This document shows, one piece after another, positions 1-8,294 of a stretch of DNA of 64,000 nt. A program made the position numbers and the translations under genes. The notes under the pieces were generated by a model. The model searched no databases, was not told where the DNA came from, and was given only the letters and a program-made list of their open reading frames with translations. Numbering within the stretch: the first letter of the stretch is position 1; each line of letters starts with the position of its first letter. Source of the DNA: an uncultured Boseongicola sp. (GTDB lineage Bacteria; Actinomycetota; Acidimicrobiia; Spongiisociales; ZC4RG35). The stretch is taken from NCBI GenBank assembly GCA_964194555.1, contig CAXMMT010000007.1, positions 1,117 through 65,116 of the forward strand, in the 5' to 3' direction.

Positions 1-656
1 GCTGCTATCACCGTGTCGGTGGCGATGGACGATCCGTTGCTCAGCGCGACACCGACTACGTGCCCTGACTCGACATGAATGTTGGTGACCTCCGCTGAAA
101 TGAGCTCGGCACCCTGGGCCTTTGCCTGATCCACCATCCAGACGCCCAGTTGCTGGGCGCTGAACCATCCGGCCCGGCGTACGTGAACGGCTCCAACGGC
201 CCGTTCGGTGATGTACTGAAAGTGCTCACGCAGCTCGCCGGGCCCGAGGATGTCTACGCCGTCGGGTGCATTCCCATATGGATCAGGGCCGGGATGTTGT
301 CTCACCAGCCCGGCCGAGAACCCGGATGTGATGTGAGCCTGGTCGACCATTGCCCGCAATCGTTCGGGCTCGGACGTGACGAACAAGTAGCCGCGTCTGT
401 TTAGACCGAATATGTCGGATGACTCCTCGGCCATCTTCTCGAGAAGGTCAATCGACCGGTTCATCAGTCCGACCATCGGCTTGTTGGGCCACCAGTTCCG
501 ATAACACTCGGTCGACTTGTCCGACGTGAGAGTCAAGGGCGCTCTCGGATCGACCATCACCACATCGCCCAGACCTTCTCTGACAGAGAGGTGAAACGTC
601 GCCGAGACACCGGCGATGCCGGCACCGATGACCACGGCGCTTGCCCGTCGGCTCAC
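1..656 (-). CDS. FAD-dependent oxidoreductase (DAO / sarcosine-oxidase-like), N-terminal part; the gene runs off the left edge
   Basis: Open minus-strand frame with no in-window stop, so it is absent from the ORF track. My own translation from GTG at 656 gives VSRRASAVVIGAGIAGVSATFHL..., a Rossmann GxGxxG FAD-binding N-terminus. It continues ...TECYRNWWPNKPMVGLMNRSIDLLEKMAEE...RGYLFVTSEPE. The start lies 3 nt downstream of the tkt stop. Confidence 0.75.
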   Translation of the reverse strand, partial: MSRRASAVVIGAGIAGVSATFHLSVREGLGDVVMVDPRAPLTLTSDKSTECYRNWWPNKPMVGLMNRSIDLLEKMAEESSDIFGLNRRGYLFVTSEPERLRAMVDQAHITSGFSAGLVRQHPGPDPYGNAPDGVDILGPGELREHFQYITERAVGAVHVRRAGWFSAQQLGVWMVDQAKAQGAELISAEVTNIHVESGHVVGVALSNGSSIATDTVIA

Positions 657-659
657 CAC

Positions 660-2609
660 TCAGGGCGAGAGGTGGGCCCGGACCCGCGCTGTCACGGATT
701 CGGGAGTGAAGCCGAGGCGGTCGGCAAGTTCGTCAGCAGGAGCCGAGGCACCGAAGCGGTCGATCCCGATGCTCAATCCGTCTGAGCCCACGATCGCACT
801 CCAGCCGAACGTCGATCCGGCCTCTACCGATATTCTCGGAACGGCACCGAGAACCCCGGATCGGTATTCGTCGGATTGTTCGAAGAAGAGCTCCCAGCAG
901 GGCAGGCTCACGACCCGGGCGGTGACACCTTCGCCGGCGAGTAGATCGGCGGCATCGAGTATCAACGGCACCTCTGATCCGGTGCCTATCAGGGTCACGT
1001 CACTGCCCTCTCGCACGACGTATCCGCCCTTGGCAACTCCCCCAGGGTGCGGCTCCAGCGTCGGAAGCCCCTGACGGGTGAGGGCGATAGCCACAGGGCC
1101 ATCCTTGCGATTGAGGGCAATCTCCCACGCCTCGATTGTCTCGTTGGCGTCGGCCGGACGGATCATCCAGAGGTTGGGCATGGCCCGCAGCGAGGCCAGG
1201 TGCTCGATTGGTTGGTGTGTCGGTCCGTCCTCTCCGAGGAATATCGAGTCGTGGGTCCAAACCCAAATCGAGGGGATTTTCATCAGGGCTGAGAGTCGGA
1301 CCGCGGGACGCATGTAGTCGCTGAATACGAAGAAGGTGGCTCCGTAGGGTCTGAGCCCTCCGTGTATGGCCATCCCGTTGACCAGCGCTCCCATGCTGTG
1401 CTCTCGAATTCCGAAAGGGATGTCGCGGGCGGCCGCATCGTCTTTGGCGAAGAGTCGACTCGAGTCGATGACGGTCTTGGTGGACCCGGCCAGGTCGGCT
1501 GAGCCACCTATGAATCCGGGAACCTTCTCTGCGATCTCTGCGAACAACCTTCCCGACGAGGCACGGGACGCCACCTTTTCGCCGACCTTGAAACCGGGTC
1601 CGTCCAGGGTCACCGCTGAGTTCGAGTGGAGGGAATGCCAGAGATCCTTCTGTTCTTGGGTGGCGTCGTCAAACCGGTGGTTCCAGTCGGCGTGCGCGGT
1701 TCGCCCGCGGTTCATGGCGTCGCTGAAGAAGGTGTAGACCGTGTCGTCGACCCAGAAGTCGGGATCGATCGGATAGCCCATCGCCTCTTTGGTCATCTTG
1801 ATCTCGTCGTGACCGAGCGGCTGACCATGGGAGGCCGCGGTGTCCTGAAGGTTGGGGGCGCCGTGGGCGATGTGAGTCCGACAAATGACCAGAGAGGGGC
1901 GGTCCTCTTCGGAAACGGATTCCTCGATGGCCTGGCCGATGGCCGTCCGGTCGTGACCATCGACCCTGAGCGTGTGCCAACCCTGCGCCGAGAACCTCGC
2001 GGCGATGTCCTCGCTGAAGGTCATGTCCGTTGAGCCATCTATTGAGATGCGGTTGTCGTCGTATAGGTAGATCAGCCGGCCCAGGCCGAAGTGACCTGCG
2101 ATCGAGGCGGCCTCCGAGCTGATGCCTTCCATGAGGTCGCCGTCTGAAACGAAGCCGTAGGTCCGATGGTCAACCAGATCTGGTCCAAGGCGACTGCGGA
2201 GATGGGTCTCGGCAACGGCCATTCCGACCCCCGCGGCGAATCCCTGGCCGAGGGGGCCGGTGGTCATCTCGATACCAAGGTCGTGATCGATCTCGGGGTG
2301 GCCGGCGGTGTGACTATCCCACTGCCGGAAGTTGCGGATGTCGTCGAGAGTCAGCCCGAACCCGGAAAGGTGGAGGATGGAGTAGAGGAGCATCGATCCG
2401 TGTCCGTTGGAGAGCACGAACCTGTCCCGGTCGGGCCATTCTGGAGCATCCGGGTCGACGTTGATGAACCTCGACCAGAGCGTGACCGCAATATCGGCCA
2501 TTCCCATCGGCATGCCCGGGTGACCCGAGTTGGCACTCTGGACCGCGTCCATCGCCAGAGCCTTGATCGTGTTGACGGCTAACTGCTCGGCTGATTGCGA
2601 ATTCGACAT
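660..2609 (-). CDS. tkt: Transketolase
   Basis: 649 aa. N-terminus AVNTIKALAMDAVQSANSGHPGMPMGMADIAVTLW, plus GDGDLMEG and the full-length pattern typical of transketolase. Confidence 0.97.
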   Translation of the reverse strand: MSNSQSAEQLAVNTIKALAMDAVQSANSGHPGMPMGMADIAVTLWSRFINVDPDAPEWPDRDRFVLSNGHGSMLLYSILHLSGFGLTLDDIRNFRQWDSHTAGHPEIDHDLGIEMTTGPLGQGFAAGVGMAVAETHLRSRLGPDLVDHRTYGFVSDGDLMEGISSEAASIAGHFGLGRLIYLYDDNRISIDGSTDMTFSEDIAARFSAQGWHTLRVDGHDRTAIGQAIEESVSEEDRPSLVICRTHIAHGAPNLQDTAASHGQPLGHDEIKMTKEAMGYPIDPDFWVDDTVYTFFSDAMNRGRTAHADWNHRFDDATQEQKDLWHSLHSNSAVTLDGPGFKVGEKVASRASSGRLFAEIAEKVPGFIGGSADLAGSTKTVIDSSRLFAKDDAAARDIPFGIREHSMGALVNGMAIHGGLRPYGATFFVFSDYMRPAVRLSALMKIPSIWVWTHDSIFLGEDGPTHQPIEHLASLRAMPNLWMIRPADANETIEAWEIALNRKDGPVAIALTRQGLPTLEPHPGGVAKGGYVVREGSDVTLIGTGSEVPLILDAADLLAGEGVTARVVSLPCWELFFEQSDEYRSGVLGAVPRISVEAGSTFGWSAIVGSDGLSIGIDRFGASAPADELADRLGFTPESVTARVRAHLSP

Positions 2610-2783
2610 CGCCGACGAGATTACATCGACACCACTAGTGGTCTGTCGCCCAAATAGCTATGCGGTCTCACCGGCCCTCGACGCCCCTGGCAGCATCCTC
2701 CGCCTCGACGCAGCTAAGCCTGCGCCTTCGTTGTGCGTCCTTGCCAGATGACGCCGATGACTCGGTGACAACCGCGGTATCAA

Positions 2784-3677
2784 TTGAGCGACAGACCACT
2801 AGCTCTTGTGCCGGGTGATACTCCGAGGGTGGCGCAGCACAACGTCGGACCGTTTCGAGTCGAGGGAACGGCAGAACGAATCCGGACAGCGGTTGGAGCC
2901 GGCGTTCTCATTGTTCTGGGAGAGCCGGTCTTGAGCGGGCTGGCGAGATGGGCCGAACCCGAGGCCCTCCACAGAGCTATCTCGGTCTGGGCCAATATGA
3001 CTGCTCGCTTTCTCCGTATGCAGGTTGATGTAGAGGGCCTTCATCATGTCGATCCTGACCAGACCTATGTGGTCGCCCCGCTGCACGAGGGCTTTGCCGA
3101 CCCTCTGCTGCTGAGTCGTCTTCCGCTCCGTCTCCGCTATCTGGTCAGAGACGAGTTGTTCGACTGGGCTCATCTCGGAAGATTTCTCAGAAAGTCAGGT
3201 CAGATCGAGGTTGTGAGAACTCTGGAAGCTCGCGAGGCGCGGCAACTACTCGGCGACTGCCGTGACGTTCTCGATGGAGGAGAAAGTCTTGTGGTGTTTC
3301 CTCAAGGCTCGATACTGGGTGTGGAGGTTGCTTTCACCCGTGGCGCTTTCGTGCTTGCCGACCGCCTTGACCGCCCCCTTCTGCCGGTGGTCCTGACTGG
3401 AACCCACCGGGTATGGGAGCACCCCTACTCGCCAACACTTCGCTACGGCCAGCCGGTCAGCATGCGAGTTCTCCCACCTGTTTCGGTGGGTGAGGCGCTC
3501 GCCTCGATGGGTGACGTCGAGAACCGGATGAAGACAATTGCCCTTGCAAACACTTTGTCCCATGTTCGTCACTTCGATCCCGAGCGCGACGGCTACTGGG
3601 ACGGGTACAGCTATGAGATCGACGCGCGATTCCCTGACGTTGCAGCACTCGTCGAGTCGCACCGTGCCCCGGATTGA
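2784..3677 (+). CDS. Lysophospholipid (1-acyl-glycerol-3-phosphate) acyltransferase family protein
   Basis: HX4D acyltransferase motif (VAPLHEGFADPLLL) and a second block VVFPQGSI. The exact start is uncertain. Confidence 0.75.
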   Translation: MSDRPLALVPGDTPRVAQHNVGPFRVEGTAERIRTAVGAGVLIVLGEPVLSGLARWAEPEALHRAISVWANMTARFLRMQVDVEGLHHVDPDQTYVVAPLHEGFADPLLLSRLPLRLRYLVRDELFDWAHLGRFLRKSGQIEVVRTLEAREARQLLGDCRDVLDGGESLVVFPQGSILGVEVAFTRGAFVLADRLDRPLLPVVLTGTHRVWEHPYSPTLRYGQPVSMRVLPPVSVGEALASMGDVENRMKTIALANTLSHVRHFDPERDGYWDGYSYEIDARFPDVAALVESHRAPD

Positions 3678-3687
3678 CCCACAACTT

Positions 3688-4584
3688 TCAATCGGCCCAG
3701 GCTTCGACGGCAGCTCTTGCAATCTGCTCACCCCACTCCTGGACGAAGTGACCAGCCTCTTCGACCCGCATCGGCTCCGGGCAGTTGCGAATGATTGAGT
3801 GAATCCGCTCCATGACAGGAGGCCCCAGGACCGGGTCGGTCATGCCGATCGCCATGAAGGAGCGACCGTCGAATTGCTCGGACCACCATTTGATGGCCTC
3901 ACGGGACACCTCGACACCCCCCATCGACGGGTCGGTTGGCACCAGGGCAGGGAATGTCCGAACGCCGGCCTTGTGCTCGGGTGTGGGGAAGGGGGCGTCG
4001 TAGGCCGCGATCTCTTCGGGCCCGAGATGGGGCACGGTTTGGCCCATCAGACGCCCAACTCCGAAGTCGGGTGTCTTGGCCACATAATCTCGCCAGGCAA
4101 TGAACCCGTCGCTCGGGTTGACGCCTTTGGCGAATGCCGTGTTCATGATCAACAGACCTGAGATACGGTCCGGAAATGCGACCGGGAGGGTGAGTCCCAA
4201 TAGCCCACCCCAGTCCTGGACCACGAGGGTGATCTTGGAGAGGTCGAGGTGCTCGACGAATGCGACCAGTGCGTCCCGGTGGAAGCCGAAGGTGTACACG
4301 GCATCTTCAACAGGCTTATCCGACCGTCCGAAACCGAAATAGTCGGGCGCTACCACTCGATAGCCCGCTTCGAGAAAGACAGGGATCATCCGCCGATACA
4401 GGTACGCCCATGTCGGCTCTCCGTGCAGGCACAGCATCACCTCGGCGTCGGGAGGACCCTCGTCGATGTAGTGCAGTCGCAGCCCCTCATAGCCGGGAAG
4501 ATCTTTCACATACTGAGGGGAGTAAGGCCAGTCAGGAAGGTCGTCAAACCGGCGGTCGTCGGTGCGTAGTGCTTCGATACCCAT
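3688..4584 (-). CDS. Haloalkane dehalogenase-like alpha/beta hydrolase
   Basis: 298 aa. LHYIDEGPPDAEVMLCLHGEPTWAYLYRRMIPVF...APDYFGFGRSDKP and nucleophile block VVQDWGG, matching the DhlA/DhmA-type architecture. Confidence 0.8.
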   Translation of the reverse strand: MGIEALRTDDRRFDDLPDWPYSPQYVKDLPGYEGLRLHYIDEGPPDAEVMLCLHGEPTWAYLYRRMIPVFLEAGYRVVAPDYFGFGRSDKPVEDAVYTFGFHRDALVAFVEHLDLSKITLVVQDWGGLLGLTLPVAFPDRISGLLIMNTAFAKGVNPSDGFIAWRDYVAKTPDFGVGRLMGQTVPHLGPEEIAAYDAPFPTPEHKAGVRTFPALVPTDPSMGGVEVSREAIKWWSEQFDGRSFMAIGMTDPVLGPPVMERIHSIIRNCPEPMRVEEAGHFVQEWGEQIARAAVEAWAD

Positions 4585-4709
4585 GATTCTGACCCTACCC
4601 TGGCCACACCACCCTGATCACCAGGAACCGATTTTCATGCTTACCGGTGCGTGCCATCAGACTCAGAGAAGGATCTAGTCTTGCGTTGACTTCGGAACGG
4701 AGAACCGCG

Positions 4710-5039
4710 ATGGACATCAAGACGATCGACCGAGAAGACCTCAAAGCGAAACTCGACCGAGGCGACGAGTTCAAGCTCGTGATGACGCTCCATGATTGGG
4801 CGTTTCGCGCTCAACACATACCCGGATCGATTCACTTCCCCTCCGTTGAAGATGCTCTTGCCGGTCTCGACGTTGACGACGAGATAGTTGTCTATTGCTC
4901 GAATGTGGATTGTGTCGCGAGTCAATTTGCCTATCGGGGTCTTGTCAGCAACGGGTATACCAATGTTCGCCGATATTCGGGTGGGCTCGCCGATTGGGAT
5001 GCGGCCGGGCTTCCCCTGGAAGGCGAAGCCGCAGGCTGA
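4710..5039 (+). CDS. Rhodanese-like domain protein
   Basis: MDIKTIDREDLKAKLDRGDEFKLV...HIPGSIHF...VVYCSNVDCVASQ...YSGGLADW. This is a single rhodanese fold with an active-site loop Cys. ATG at 4710 is chosen inside the longer tracked ORF 4647..5039. Confidence 0.8.
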   Translation: MDIKTIDREDLKAKLDRGDEFKLVMTLHDWAFRAQHIPGSIHFPSVEDALAGLDVDDEIVVYCSNVDCVASQFAYRGLVSNGYTNVRRYSGGLADWDAAGLPLEGEAAG

Positions 5040-5068
5040 GGACCTGCGATTGGGACAGCAGATTCCTG

Positions 5069-5995
5069 TCAGATACCATCCTCGTTCTTCAGCCCGATCA
5101 CCTCATGGGCCACGACCAGCCCGGTCTTTCCTCGAAGGTCGAGATCAAAACTCTGCCCGAAGTCGACGTCCGGACCACAGTTCTTGAACACGATGTCCGT
5201 TACGAGCATGCTGGTCCCGGTTTCCTTGTTGGCCGCTTCGAGACGACTGGCCACGTTGACCGTGTCACCGATCGCCGTCTCGCGAGCCGATGGCTCGACC
5301 CCCATCAGGCCGAACACCACCTTGCCGTAATCGACGCCCACTCGGACTCCGAAACTCATTCCGTACATTCGCTCTACGTAGTGGGAGAGGTCTCTGGCGA
5401 TCTTGAGAACCCCAAGACCAGATCGAATCGCCGATAGGGCAGGCTTTGGCTCTCCGTCGACGCCGAACAACGCAAGGACGGCGTCGCCCATGTAGTTGTC
5501 AACTCGACCTGAGTGCGACACGACTTCCGCGCTGACGTTGTGGAAGAAGCGGTTCAGCAGATGCACAATGTCGTAGGCGGGAAGAGCATCCGCCATGGTG
5601 GTGTATCCGACGACATCGGTGAACAACACCGCAACATCCACCTCTCGACCGACCGGGCCTGTGAACGCGTGTTTCCCGATTTGTGTGGATAGGGCAATGT
5701 CGGTCTTGTCAAGCACGAGCCTGCCCAAGCTCACCGACTCTGAAGCGATGGTCTGACAGGCAAGACGAATCTCATCGGGAAAGTCGAGTCTCTCGGCCAT
5801 CGCCAATTCCTTCTCGGTGCGTTGCGACAGGTCCGACAGCCCTTCGGCGATCTTCACCCTGCAGGTCGAGCAACGGGCCTTGCCGCCACAGAGATGAGTG
5901 ATTGGGATGCCTCCCTCGACAAGGGCTGCAAGAAGGTTGACCTGACCGTCAAAAGGTATCGTCACTTCGTCTGGCCAGGTAGTGATCTCCGGCAT
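5069..5995 (-). CDS. 2Fe-2S ferredoxin domain fused to a class III adenylate/guanylate cyclase
   Basis: The N-terminal ~90 aa carry the plant-type ferredoxin Cys pattern (HLCGGKARCSTCRV...LACQT). The C-terminal part has cyclase blocks VAVLFTDVVGYTTMAD...GRVDNYMGDAVLALFG...GVDYGKVVFG. Confidence 0.85.
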   Translation of the reverse strand: MPEITTWPDEVTIPFDGQVNLLAALVEGGIPITHLCGGKARCSTCRVKIAEGLSDLSQRTEKELAMAERLDFPDEIRLACQTIASESVSLGRLVLDKTDIALSTQIGKHAFTGPVGREVDVAVLFTDVVGYTTMADALPAYDIVHLLNRFFHNVSAEVVSHSGRVDNYMGDAVLALFGVDGEPKPALSAIRSGLGVLKIARDLSHYVERMYGMSFGVRVGVDYGKVVFGLMGVEPSARETAIGDTVNVASRLEAANKETGTSMLVTDIVFKNCGPDVDFGQSFDLDLRGKTGLVVAHEVIGLKNEDGI

Positions 5996-6277
5996 GGAAC
6001 CGAGTCTATTCCCGACGGTAACGTTCTAGTTGCGGAGCGCCCGCCAGACGCCAATCAACCCAAGCAGCAGCGTCACACCGATCTTGGTGAAAGGCTTGAT
6101 GGTTGACGGTAGGTCGCTCCGAGAACGAACCATCGGGTTGATACCAGTAACGCGAGTTCTCTACTGACGAGTTTCACCGAGTGCCCGGCGGATTCGATCG
6201 TGCCTTCCGAAACCTGACTCCGGCGAACGCTGATCATCGTGTCGATCCGACGCGTGCCGGGCGGGATCGTCGCGTTG

Positions 6278-7036
6278 TCAGCAGCATGGCCGGCAGAGCT
6301 CGCATGCTCGAAACCCTGCGCTCTCTGCCTGGTCGAGTGAGCGAAAGTCGACCACGTTCTCTGTCTTGGAACGTCTGATGGCGTGACAAGTCGGGTGGCA
6401 GTAGATCTTCGTTGAAGTGTTTCCCTGAAGACGAACATGCTTTGAGGCGAGGTCTTCCAGCCAATCGGGATGCGCGCCCTCATACTCGAGCAGATCGTGC
6501 TTGTTGTCGGGCCCGCCAAGGGAGTAGTTGCCGATATGCCCATCGGCCCGGACCACTCTGTGGCAGGGAATGATCAGCGGGATCGGGTTCCGGGCGACGG
6601 CTGACCCAGCTGCCCGTATTGCTCCAGGCCGGTTCACTTCATGGGCGAGCCAGGCGTAGGGACGCACTTCGCCTTTCGGAATCGTGGCGGTCCGCGTCAG
6701 AACCTCCGCCTGGAACGACGTGACCGAGCGAAGATCGATGGGCAACCTCCCCGGTGTTCCCGCCTCGATCGCTGCGGGAATGTGCCGGCTCCATGCTGAC
6801 GGGGCCTCGGCGCGGATCAGCCTGCGGCCAAACCTGTCGGCGAACCTGTCTTCAAATGCCTGATCTGCGATGTCGACCGATGAAACACCCCCAGGATTGA
6901 AGGTGACGGCGACATCTCCGATGGCGGACTCGTAAAGGTCATATCCGTCGGCAAGGCCGGTGCCGAGGGCGACCCCTTCGGTCACCCCATCGGGCAGAAT
7001 GCCGACCAGGTTCCCAAGTTGGCTTTCGATGCTCAC
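6278..7036 (-). CDS. Methylated-DNA--protein-cysteine methyltransferase (Ogt/AGT) with a C-terminal Ada-type Zn-binding domain
   Basis: AGT active site IPCHRVVRADGHIGNYSLGG. The C-terminus IYCHPTCHAIRRSKTENVVDFRSLDQAESAGFRACELCRP matches the Ada N-terminal Cys4 Zn module. GTG at 7036 overlaps the sigma-factor TGA as GTGA. The longer tracked ORF (to 7330) would overlap the sigma gene. Confidence 0.85.
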   Translation of the reverse strand: MSIESQLGNLVGILPDGVTEGVALGTGLADGYDLYESAIGDVAVTFNPGGVSSVDIADQAFEDRFADRFGRRLIRAEAPSAWSRHIPAAIEAGTPGRLPIDLRSVTSFQAEVLTRTATIPKGEVRPYAWLAHEVNRPGAIRAAGSAVARNPIPLIIPCHRVVRADGHIGNYSLGGPDNKHDLLEYEGAHPDWLEDLASKHVRLQGNTSTKIYCHPTCHAIRRSKTENVVDFRSLDQAESAGFRACELCRPCC

Positions 7037-7548
7037 TGTTCCTCCTCGATTGTCTGCTTGAGCCGGGCCAGGCCCCGGTGAATATCTGCTTTGACCGTGC
7101 CTTCGGGTCGGCCGGTTGATTCGGAGATGTCGCTGATTCCCATTCCGACGACATGGCGGAGTACGACAGCCGTCTTCTGATGACCGTTGAGATGGCTGAG
7201 CCGGCGCTCCCATGCCTGTCCGTCGGGGAGTTCGGGGTCTGATTGACCTGTCTCGATCATCCCGACATAAGTGGGTCGTCTCGATCTGTCTCTCAGGTGG
7301 TTCCGTCCCAGGTTGAGGGCGATTGTCCACACCCAGGGCTGGAGATTGATCCCCCTGATCCGAGCCGTGTCATAGCCGGAGAGTGCCTGGTAGGCCCTTA
7401 TGAATGTCTCCTGGGTCAAGTCCTCCGCCTCCTGGTGGTTTCCGGAGAGACGGCGAAGACCCCAATAGATCCTCTTTCCCATCTCATCGACCACCCTCGG
7501 GAACGCCCCGTCCAGATCGGTGGCAAGGGCGGGTCCAATCTCGTTCAT
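7033..7548 (-). CDS. ECF-type sigma-70 family RNA polymerase sigma factor
   Basis: 171 aa. Region 2 is EAEDLTQETFIRAYQAL...WVWTIALNLGRNHLR. Region 4 HTH is KTAVVLRHVVGMGISDISESTGRPEGTVKADIHRGLARLK. Confidence 0.9.
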   Translation of the reverse strand: MNEIGPALATDLDGAFPRVVDEMGKRIYWGLRRLSGNHQEAEDLTQETFIRAYQALSGYDTARIRGINLQPWVWTIALNLGRNHLRDRSRRPTYVGMIETGQSDPELPDGQAWERRLSHLNGHQKTAVVLRHVVGMGISDISESTGRPEGTVKADIHRGLARLKQTIEEEQ

Positions 7549-7613
7549 CAGCAGTCAGAACCCCAACGGGGATAATTCGGTTGCACCCTCTTGACGGTAC
7601 CTATCGTGGGGGC

Positions 7614-8294
7614 GTGGAATCTACGAGCATCGAACAGGCTCTTGCAGCTGCCGAGGCGCAGGTCGCGGCCGGGCATGGGCTCGCTGGTACCCGATTCTGG
7701 GCGGCTGTCGCCGAGGTGAAGACGAACGACGGGTTGGTTGAGAGTTACGCCGCCCGGATTGCTTCTATCGACCAGGCAGCTTTTCCCCAATGGGCTCTCC
7801 TCACGATGCCGAAAGGCCTGGGGACAACTCTGGCGTTTCTGGGCACGGCCACCGGGCTGATCCTCGTTGGCGCCAGTTATCCGCTGGATGGGTTGGCGGC
7901 AGTCCTCGTGTTCTACCTCGGTCTTGGGGCTCTGCTCGCCTCAACTCACGCCCTTACCCACCTGATCGTCGGGCAGATCCTGGGTATTCGATTCACCGGC
8001 TGGTTCATTGGCTCGCTGACCCGGCCTCAACCTGGCGTGAAGATCGACTACGAAAGCTATCTGCGCACCCCGGCGATTCGTCGGGCATGGATGCATGCTT
8101 CTGGGGCCATTGTCACCAAGATCATCCCGTTCGTTCTGATAGGCGCAGCCATCGCTGCGGGATTGCCGACATGGGCTGTTCTCGGGCTAGCGGTGATCGG
8201 AATCGTGACGATTGTCACCGACATGCTGTGGTCGACAACCACTTCCGACTGGATGAAGTACCGCAGGGAGATGAAGTTCGCTCAGACGTCCTGA
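7614..8294 (+). CDS. Integral membrane protein, unknown function
   Basis: In-frame GTG at 7614 lies just past the divergent sigma gene. There are several hydrophobic spans (LAFLGTATGLILVGASY..., IIPFVLIGAAIAAGLPTWAVLGLAVIGIV). No family recognised. Confidence 0.55.
   Translation: MESTSIEQALAAAEAQVAAGHGLAGTRFWAAVAEVKTNDGLVESYAARIASIDQAAFPQWALLTMPKGLGTTLAFLGTATGLILVGASYPLDGLAAVLVFYLGLGALLASTHALTHLIVGQILGIRFTGWFIGSLTRPQPGVKIDYESYLRTPAIRRAWMHASGAIVTKIIPFVLIGAAIAAGLPTWAVLGLAVIGIVTIVTDMLWSTTTSDWMKYRREMKFAQTS

Noticed and set aside
6026-6133. 35-aa minus-strand ORF with one TM helix (MVRSRSDLPSTIKPFTKIGVTLLLGLIGVWRALRN) between the cyclase and ogt-like genes.
   Set aside because: There is no convincing RBS and I have no way to test conservation. 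It is too short to call from sequence alone.
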